Source: Bacteriovoracia bacterium (GTDB lineage: Bacteria; Bdellovibrionota; Bacteriovoracia; Bacteriovoracales; Bacteriovoracaceae). Taken from it: a stretch of DNA of 12,670 nt. The position numbers were made by a program, and so were the translations under genes. The stretch is from assembly GCA_046570105.1 (NCBI GenBank), contig JBKHVI010000068.1, forward strand, positions 1 through 12,670, given 5' to 3'. Shown here one piece after another: positions 6,890 to 12,670 of this stretch. Position 1 is the first letter of the stretch. Each line of letters starts with the position of its first letter. The notes beneath the pieces are model-generated. The model ran no database searches. It was given only the letters and a program-made list of their open reading frames with translations, and was not told the DNA's origin.

Positions 6890-8239
6890 ATGACAAAATT
6901 GGCCATATTCGGAAATGCATTGGTGGTGGAAAGAGATTCTTTCTACCTCGATCGCATCATGGCCGATCTAAGAGATCATCCGATCATCATCACGAAGACC
7001 CTCAAAGAAGCGATGGTGATGTTGAAAAAACCACAAAATCGCATCAGCTGTTTGTTTGTTTCCAGTAATTTTGGTGTGCAAGATACCTTGAGCTTTATTA
7101 AGCAAGTAAGAAAAATCAAGGCCGAGATTCCGGTAGTTGTTATTTATCATCATGACTATCTCAAGATTCCAGGCCAACAAACCAAAGAACTCATAAATTT
7201 AAGTGCCATCGATAAACCAGATGATGGCAGAGATATTATTAAAGAGATTCAGCGGCTCTTTCCTGAAACACAAGGATGGAAGGGGATTGCCCCAAGTGGT
7301 GAGGCCACTCATCAAGAGCTGACACTTAAGGATGATGATTTTATCGGCATTTCTTTTGATGAATATCTCATGACGAAGAAGTCTTTTTTTAATGTCTACA
7401 TTCGTTTGGCGGCCGATAAATTCGTAAAAATTCTGAATGCTGGTGATGGGATAGAAGAGGATATAAAGAATAAATATCAAAAAAAGAATGTCGATAAGTT
7501 TTGGTTGAAGCGAGATGAGTTTCGCCACTACACCGATATGTCGGAAAAAACCGCGGCTAAACTTACGACAGGAAATATTACTCAGGCGACGAGTTCATTA
7601 GGTCATCTAGGCGACAACGTGGTTAAAGAGCTCTCTCGTTTTGGTATTGATGATGAAGGGCTTTATCATGCTGATCGTTTTCTCGGTCATTCTATCTCTG
7701 CTATTAAGCGTGTCCGAGGTATAAAAGCGGAAATGATGACCATGGTGGAGGAGCTGTCTAAAACGGAACATACGACCGCGACTGTCGTGATCGCGAGTTT
7801 GCTCGCCAATTCACTTAATATTGAATCTGCTAAAGCGATTAAGGTGGTAGGTGTAGCAGCTCTCATGCATGACATCGCCTTATGGCAGCCAGGTCAGCAA
7901 ATTCCCTCAGAGATTGAGTCTGAGTTAAGTGGTGCTGAGTTAGAAAAATTTAAATTACATGCTGTCGAGGGGGCCAAAAAGCTTGAAGCCACTGGCCTAT
8001 TTGAAGAAGTGGTCATTCAGGCGATTGCTCAACATCATGATCGTCGCAAGGATGCTGCAGGAACAAAACTCAATTTGATAAGTGAATTAATTGGAGTGAG
8101 CGATGCCTTCTGTCATCAAGTGATGTATTCGAGTAACAAAAGGGCCATGCAGGATTTTCTGACGCTAGAATTGCCCAAATTTAGCCAACAAATTGAGAAG
8201 TGCTTTCGCCAAGTGTTTGTGGAGCCAAAAAAGAAATAG
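6890..8239 (+). CDS. Pseudo-receiver (REC-like) domain + HD-GYP-related HD domain lacking the GYP motif
   Basis: N-terminal REC pattern (LVVERD...ISCLFVSS...IPVVVI...IDKP). C-terminal TEH...AALMHDIA...LHAVEGAKKL...AIAQHHD...IGVSDAF. Confidence 0.8.
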   Translation: MTKLAIFGNALVVERDSFYLDRIMADLRDHPIIITKTLKEAMVMLKKPQNRISCLFVSSNFGVQDTLSFIKQVRKIKAEIPVVVIYHHDYLKIPGQQTKELINLSAIDKPDDGRDIIKEIQRLFPETQGWKGIAPSGEATHQELTLKDDDFIGISFDEYLMTKKSFFNVYIRLAADKFVKILNAGDGIEEDIKNKYQKKNVDKFWLKRDEFRHYTDMSEKTAAKLTTGNITQATSSLGHLGDNVVKELSRFGIDDEGLYHADRFLGHSISAIKRVRGIKAEMMTMVEELSKTEHTTATVVIASLLANSLNIESAKAIKVVGVAALMHDIALWQPGQQIPSEIESELSGAELEKFKLHAVEGAKKLEATGLFEEVVIQAIAQHHDRRKDAAGTKLNLISELIGVSDAFCHQVMYSSNKRAMQDFLTLELPKFSQQIEKCFRQVFVEPKKK

Positions 8240-8242
8240 TGC

Positions 8243-8833
8243 TTACTTTTTAACCACATCTCCATTGGAATCATAGATAGTCGTCTGGTTGTTTCTCACA
8301 ACTGCCACAAAATTTTCTTCAAATGATAGCGTTGAGAGTAGCTGACGAGTTTCTTGGAAATGCGCGGGTACTTCTTCGTCGATGGGAAAGTGCTCTAAGA
8401 TTCTTCCGGTCGGATCGATTAAATGAATATCGTGATTAGTGAGAACACAGCGAGTAAACACACCTTGGACATCGGGGAAGCGTTTCATCATTTTAGTCAT
8501 CAGTGCTTCGGTCGCCTTACGTATCTCTTGGGGAGGTTCAGCGGCACTGCCCATGCCTTGAGTTTCTTCCTCTAAGCTGAGTTGCAGGACTTGGGCGATG
8601 AGAGTGCGGGTCGGATGAAGCTTGTTACGTTCCTCTTCCAGGTGCGGAAGATAAATAAATTTAAAACTTAAGGCCATGGCACAAAGGAAAATGCCTGCCA
8701 ATAGACCTAAGGTGCGACGACTCGGCTTAAATGAGCGCTTTTCCGGTCTTTGCGGAGCGACACCTGCGGTGCGAGGGGCAAATGAGCCGGTTTTTTCATC
8801 ATGTTCAGGTGAAGTATTTGAAGTTGAGTCCAT
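8243..8833 (-). CDS. Hypothetical single-pass membrane protein
   Basis: 196 aa ORF filling the gap. Polar N-tail, basic patch (KPSRR), one hydrophobic helix (LGLLAGIFLCAMALSFKFIYL) and a soluble C-terminal domain; no recognised motif. Confidence 0.75.
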   Translation of the reverse strand: MDSTSNTSPEHDEKTGSFAPRTAGVAPQRPEKRSFKPSRRTLGLLAGIFLCAMALSFKFIYLPHLEEERNKLHPTRTLIAQVLQLSLEEETQGMGSAAEPPQEIRKATEALMTKMMKRFPDVQGVFTRCVLTNHDIHLIDPTGRILEHFPIDEEVPAHFQETRQLLSTLSFEENFVAVVRNNQTTIYDSNGDVVKK

Positions 8834-8839
8834 AGAGCT

Positions 8840-8868
8840 ATTTTACATTAAACGATGTTTTGGACTAG
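8840..8868 (-). promoter_or_regulatory. Candidate promoter directly abutting the start codon (leaderless-type)
   Basis: Minus strand CTAGTC-N17-TAAAAT, 6 nt before ATG 8833; no Shine-Dalgarno. Confidence 0.4.
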
Positions 8869-8911
8869 CATCCAGGATAAAATATTAACCGAGTTATTGA
8901 GGCGTGAAAGC

Positions 8912-9157
8912 ATGAGTCAAATTGTAGAAGGTGGAATTTATCGTCATTATAAAGGCAAGCTCTATCGTTTAATTCGAATTGTGCGCCATTCAGAAACGCT
9001 TGAAGAACTAGTGATGTATGAAACCCTCTACGAGAATGCTTTGGGCAGTTTTTGGGTGAGACCCAAGGAGATGTTTTTAGAGCAAGTCGTCATTGAAGGA
9101 AAAGCGCGTGATCGCTTTGAATATGTCGGGGATGAAAAGGGGAGTCAGCGACTCTGA
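8912..9157 (+). CDS. DUF1653 domain protein
   Basis: GIYRHYKGKLY...RHSETLEELVMYETLY....WVRPKEMFLEQV...G....RF is the DUF1653 signature. ATG 8912 (GAGG upstream) is preferred over the track start 8855. Confidence 0.92.
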   Translation: MSQIVEGGIYRHYKGKLYRLIRIVRHSETLEELVMYETLYENALGSFWVRPKEMFLEQVVIEGKARDRFEYVGDEKGSQRL

Positions 9158-9165
9158 AATGAGAC

Positions 9166-9193
9166 TTTGGCCCATCAAGACTTGCGGGCCAAG
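9166..9193. repeat. Intergenic hairpin TTGGCCC-N12-GGGCCAA between DUF1653 and GST
   Basis: 7-bp perfect arms at 9167-9173 and 9186-9192 with inner CAAG/CTTG; no poly-U tail. Confidence 0.45.
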
Positions 9194-9242
9194 CCGAGCG
9201 AGAGCAAGATAGCTTATCCGTAAACCTGAATCAGGAGAATTT

Positions 9243-9869
9243 ATGAAACTTTATTTTTCACCCGGCGCCTGTTCAATGGCACCTCACATCGTCATGCAAG
9301 AATTGGGAATGGCCTATGAACTAGAAAGAGTCAATGTGCGTGAAAAAACGATCGCCAGTGGAAGTTATTTGACCATCAATTCGAAAGGTCAAGTTCCTGC
9401 TTTAAAGCTTGATAGTAATGAGATTCTGACTGAAGGTACCGTGATTATGCAGTACCTGGCCGATCAAAAACCAGAAATGAATCTTGTTCCTAAATGGGGC
9501 ACCCAAGAGCGCTACCGTGCGATGGAGTGGCTAAACTATATTTCTACTGAAATTCACAAATCATACACGCCATTTTTTGTGGCCGAGCGCTATGTTGCCG
9601 ATGAAACAGTTCGCGCAGAGTATTTGAACAACTGTAAAACGGCACTGCTCGCAAAAATCAAATGGGTCGACGAACAAATGACAGGCAAAGAATATTTGCT
9701 AGGTAAAAACTTTACCATTTGTGATGCTTATCTGTTCACATGCTTGAGCTGGAGCGGTCACGTAGCAGTGGATCTTTCTCCTTATAAAAACATCACAGCA
9801 TGGAACTCGCGTGTGTATGCTCGCAAAGGTGTGCAAGCGGCGATGAAAGCGGAAGGTTTGTTGAAATGA
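9243..9869 (+). CDS. gstA: Glutathione S-transferase, beta class (GstA-like)
   Basis: MKLYFSPGACS (Cys10), INSKGQVPAL, LTEG..IMQYLAD, EWLNYISTEIHK, YLLG..FTICDAYLF, V.AAMKAEGL. CAGGAG RBS. Confidence 0.95.
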   Translation: MKLYFSPGACSMAPHIVMQELGMAYELERVNVREKTIASGSYLTINSKGQVPALKLDSNEILTEGTVIMQYLADQKPEMNLVPKWGTQERYRAMEWLNYISTEIHKSYTPFFVAERYVADETVRAEYLNNCKTALLAKIKWVDEQMTGKEYLLGKNFTICDAYLFTCLSWSGHVAVDLSPYKNITAWNSRVYARKGVQAAMKAEGLLK

Positions 9870-10228
9870 ATTTGATGGAGGCCCCCCCAGCGGGGGCACC
9901 TTTCTTAGATAAGCTGACATGGTTTCATGGCAAGCTTTCAGACTACAACTCAGTGTGGTTTCCGTTTATTTTTCTAAAGCCTAAGCCTCACGAGTTGATC
10001 GGACCTGCTCGTCGCTTATCGATGACACTTTGTTTTACTTCTTACGCGGCCGTGGTCTATCCCTTGAAGCAGTATCTCTTCCAAGAGCCACTGAATAACT
10101 ACTTATGGGCGGCGTTCACTCTTAAGTGCATGGGCTTTTTTGTAGTGTGGTTTCGTCTTGTGACGGTTCCGCTGTGGAATCGCCGGGCGCGTTCATTGAC
10201 CCAAGATGATGCGCGCCAGACCCGCTAA
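9866..10228 (+). CDS. Hypothetical small membrane protein (about 120 aa)
   Basis: ATG 9866 overlaps the GST stop (ATGA) and is in frame with track ORF 9800..10228. Hydrophobic aromatic-rich segments end in VPLWNRRAR. Overlaps the convergent hydrolase gene by 36 nt. Confidence 0.7.
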   Translation: MNLMEAPPAGAPFLDKLTWFHGKLSDYNSVWFPFIFLKPKPHELIGPARRLSMTLCFTSYAAVVYPLKQYLFQEPLNNYLWAAFTLKCMGFFVVWFRLVTVPLWNRRARSLTQDDARQTR

Positions 10229-10843
10229 ATCGGCCCGCTCAATTTCGTGACGAGATTCTTTTAAGATATGCAATTGTCCATGAGGCAATAGATCAACGAT
10301 CGCTTGTGACTCAGCAAGACTCACGACCTTGTCTTTTTCTCCTAAGACAATTTCAACAGGGATTTGTACGTCTTCTAGATCAGCTTCCAAGAGCCCATCG
10401 AGTCTCTCAAGGTGGGCCATCATATGAGTGGTGGCGAGTAACAAGGGAAGTCCCTTGTCTTGGAATTTTTTTTTCAGATAATCCATCAGCGCTTCATTTT
10501 CTGGATGCAGTGTCGCAAGCATGCCCGCCAGGGCCTTATCACTCCAATCAAACTTCGTACCATAAGTGATGATGCGACAAATAGGAGAGTTCTCTGCCAG
10601 AGCTGCGTGAGAGAGAGCGACATAGCCTCCCATGGAGTGGCCAACGACGGTGACATTTTGCATTTTGTGATCAATAAAATATTGATCGAGCTCTTCCATA
10701 AAAGTTTCAATCCGAAAATCTTCCGGCAAGGGACGATTATCATGTCCCTGAAAAGTCAGACTTAATGTTTCAGGTGGCAGTAGCTTTTTAAGCGGCTCCA
10801 TATCTTGAGCTGTCGCGAGAGCGCCGTGAAGTAGCAGAATCAT
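10193..10843 (-). CDS. Alpha/beta fold hydrolase
   Basis: LLLHG oxyanion motif, GHSMGG nucleophile elbow, GEKDKVV (Asp), SRHE (His). AAGGA RBS 6 nt upstream. Confidence 0.92.
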   Translation of the reverse strand: MILLLHGALATAQDMEPLKKLLPPETLSLTFQGHDNRPLPEDFRIETFMEELDQYFIDHKMQNVTVVGHSMGGYVALSHAALAENSPICRIITYGTKFDWSDKALAGMLATLHPENEALMDYLKKKFQDKGLPLLLATTHMMAHLERLDGLLEADLEDVQIPVEIVLGEKDKVVSLAESQAIVDLLPHGQLHILKESRHEIERADLAGLARIILGQ

Positions 10844-10874
10844 TTTTTGTCCTTGAGTAAGTCGTGATGATACT

Positions 10875-12670
10875 TCAGGGTCGAGGCTTTCTCAACATGG
10901 GAGTGGCCGTTTTCGGATCATCTGGCCAAAAGTGGCGAGGGTAGTCGCGGGATAATTCTTTTTTGAGAGCGGGATAGTGGCGATCCCAGAAGCCCATCAA
11001 ATCACTTGTGACTTGTTGCGCTCTTCCATGTGGTCCCCATAAATGAATCGTAAAAGGGATCTTCCCGTTTAAAAGTGAGGGATGAGCTTTCATACCGAAG
11101 AAGTCTTGAATATAGGCTTCGATCCAGGGTGGCTGATTGAGTTCGTAGTGAATCTCACATTTGCGCTTTTCATGGAGTTGAATATGCAATGGAAAAATAG
11201 CATTTAACTTTTTTTGGAAACTGGCATCAAAATAGAGTTGGAGCTCCTCATGTAGTCGTAGCAAAAAATCTTTTTCCACCTCTGGTGTGGGGAGGCGGTC
11301 GTCTAATAAGAATTCTTCCATAAAAAGCTCCCATTCAAAGGAGTCTATGCTCTTATCAGGGAAAATGTGACGCTGAAAAAGCGTCCAACGAATAAATTCT
11401 GCAGAAGATTTAAAGTTTGCCAGCCATTCTCGCGCTTTTGACGTGAGAACATCTGCACTCGCCGTTTCTGACGACGCATGATCAATCGTCTTAAGGGTAA
11501 TGGCCCCCAGCTTCCAGGTTTCTCGTCGAATCATCTTTTGACGATTTTCATCAAATATCTGTTCATTTGAAATCTGGGCCCGCTCATAAATCCATTCATC
11601 TTCTAAGGGCATCAGGCGCGTAACTGATTTATGAAGCGGATTAATATCCATGACGAGCCAGAAATTTCTTTTAGGATCCCAGATGTTTTTGACCTCATGG
11701 GAAAGTCGATAAGTTTCGCCGGTTACAGTCACGACGTCTTGTGTGCGTCCTTTGGCGATGTGGTCAACAAAACCGACGAGGAAAAATTTCTCCCACGTTT
11801 TTTCACTACCTGCTCTATTTTGTCGTTGTTGCAAACGCTGAGCAAGTCGTCGCACTTCGCCGCCTTTTTCTAGAAATGCCGCCAGAGCATGACAAGTCTC
11901 TTGAAAGGCTTCCTGGGTTCCATTCAGCTTGGCTTCGACCCATACTCGTGCATGACGAATCGGCAACGGGACTGCCTGCATTTCATGACCGATAGACGTA
12001 AGTACATTTTCTTTAACAGCGCCAAGTGTGAGTAGGAGTTCTTGAGCTCGTTCTATGAGAAGAGGAGCAGGTGCTTCGGGCCATGAAAAAGCGTTTGGTG
12101 AAATTTTCCAAAAGGCGAGATCAAGAAGTACCGATGCTAAATCTGTTTTGTGAATCTCAGGGGTAGTAAAGGCCGCGCGCTGATTAAATTCAGCTTCGGT
12201 GTAGAGTCTTAGACAAATCCCTGCCGAGGTACGTGCCGCCCGGCCAGCACGTTGAATCGCTGAAGCTTTAGACGAGGGGAGAGTGACAAGTTCAGTCAGG
12301 CCCGACCAAGCTGAATAAATGGCTTCGCGCTGCAGTCCTGCATCCACCACGATAGAGACACCTGGGATGGTGACGGAGGATTCGGCCACATTTGAGGCCA
12401 AGATGATTCGTCGTTCAGATTGGGGCTTCATCAAAAGATGATCTGGTGAGCTCTCTTGGCCGTGAAGCTTGAGTAATAGGTATTCTTGATCTTTCAATCG
12501 TTCAGTGAGTATTTCTTCGATGCGCTTGATTTCACCTAATCCTGGTAGGAAAACCAGAATGTCGCCTTTGAGTTGCAGTGCCTCTTGAATTCCCCATAGC
12601 ACTTTTCGTTCGAGTTCGCGCTTTTGCCATTCAACATCTGCAGGGGCATAGCGAATTTCCAGAGGATATA
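10875..12670 (-). CDS. hrpB: ATP-dependent DEAH/RHA helicase HrpB, 5'-truncated by window edge
   Basis: Frame stays open beyond the track start to the window edge (YPLEIRYAP...). GDILVFLPG (IV), ILASNVAESSVTIPG (V), QRAGRAAR (VI), and HrpB C-terminal QVTSDL.GFW...YP..KKEL...YPRHFWPDDP. Confidence 0.93.
   Translation of the reverse strand, partial: YPLEIRYAPADVEWQKRELERKVLWGIQEALQLKGDILVFLPGLGEIKRIEEILTERLKDQEYLLLKLHGQESSPDHLLMKPQSERRIILASNVAESSVTIPGVSIVVDAGLQREAIYSAWSGLTELVTLPSSKASAIQRAGRAARTSAGICLRLYTEAEFNQRAAFTTPEIHKTDLASVLLDLAFWKISPNAFSWPEAPAPLLIERAQELLLTLGAVKENVLTSIGHEMQAVPLPIRHARVWVEAKLNGTQEAFQETCHALAAFLEKGGEVRRLAQRLQQRQNRAGSEKTWEKFFLVGFVDHIAKGRTQDVVTVTGETYRLSHEVKNIWDPKRNFWLVMDINPLHKSVTRLMPLEDEWIYERAQISNEQIFDENRQKMIRRETWKLGAITLKTIDHASSETASADVLTSKAREWLANFKSSAEFIRWTLFQRHIFPDKSIDSFEWELFMEEFLLDDRLPTPEVEKDFLLRLHEELQLYFDASFQKKLNAIFPLHIQLHEKRKCEIHYELNQPPWIEAYIQDFFGMKAHPSLLNGKIPFTIHLWGPHGRAQQVTSDLMGFWDRHYPALKKELSRDYPRHFWPDDPKTATPMLRKPRP

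Noticed and set aside
6890..8239. Somewhat more AT-rich appearance of the HD-domain gene as a sign of horizontal transfer
   Set aside because: Judged by eye only, modest, and no integrase, tRNA, IS ends or flanking direct repeats are present.
6968..8888. Track ORFs 6968..7180, 7199..7528, 7687..7875, 8676..8888
   Set aside because: Antisense shadows of longer, better-supported genes.
8855..8911. N-terminal extension of DUF1653 from ATG 8855
   Set aside because: Domain signature starts right after ATG 8912, and the extension overlaps the putative divergent promoter.
9699..11995. Track ORFs 9699..9920, 10306..10569, 10460..10765, 10486..10743, 11631..11873, 11741..11995, and the 9800 start for the GST-downstream ORF
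   Set aside because: Shadows of GST, the hydrolase or hrpB; the 9800 start would overlap GST by 70 nt whereas 9866 gives standard ATGA coupling.
10193..12670. Helicase plus hydrolase pair as a novel anti-phage defence system
   Set aside because: The helicase has the diagnostic HrpB C-terminus of a widespread housekeeping gene, QRAGRAAR is a minor motif VI variant, and there is no defence-island context.
1..12670. CRISPR array, tRNA/rRNA, IS or prophage
   Set aside because: No regularly spaced repeats, cloverleaf or rRNA-like segments, transposase, integrase or phage genes seen; intergenic gaps are all short.

Overview
Gene-dense bacterial chromosomal window of moderate GC with 13 likely protein-coding genes and one candidate micro-ORF. 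No RNA genes, CRISPR arrays, mobile elements or phage genes are visible. The left end is a minus-strand, tightly coupled putative peptide-uptake operon: OPT-family transporter, a small secreted Cys-repeat protein, and CstA (runs off the left edge and is missing from the ORF track). It diverges from a secreted permuted NlpC/P60 (YiiX/YaeF-like) cysteine hydrolase. Next come a PlsC-like acyltransferase with an HX4E motif, an unannotated 22-codon hydrophobic ORF, YchJ/SEC-C, a transglutaminase-like protein, a pseudo-receiver plus GYP-less HD-GYP-like protein, a single-pass membrane protein, DUF1653, a beta-class GST, a small membrane protein, an alpha/beta hydrolase and the 3' part of hrpB (runs off the right edge). 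The gene content suggests Bdellovibrionota/Bacteriovoracaceae, but this is inference only. No clearly novel multi-gene system is demonstrable. The best leads are the OPT-CysRepeat-CstA module with tandem CsrA-like GGA hairpins over its ribosome-binding site, the micro-ORF, a shared leaderless-type promoter motif, and several enzymes with altered catalytic motifs.
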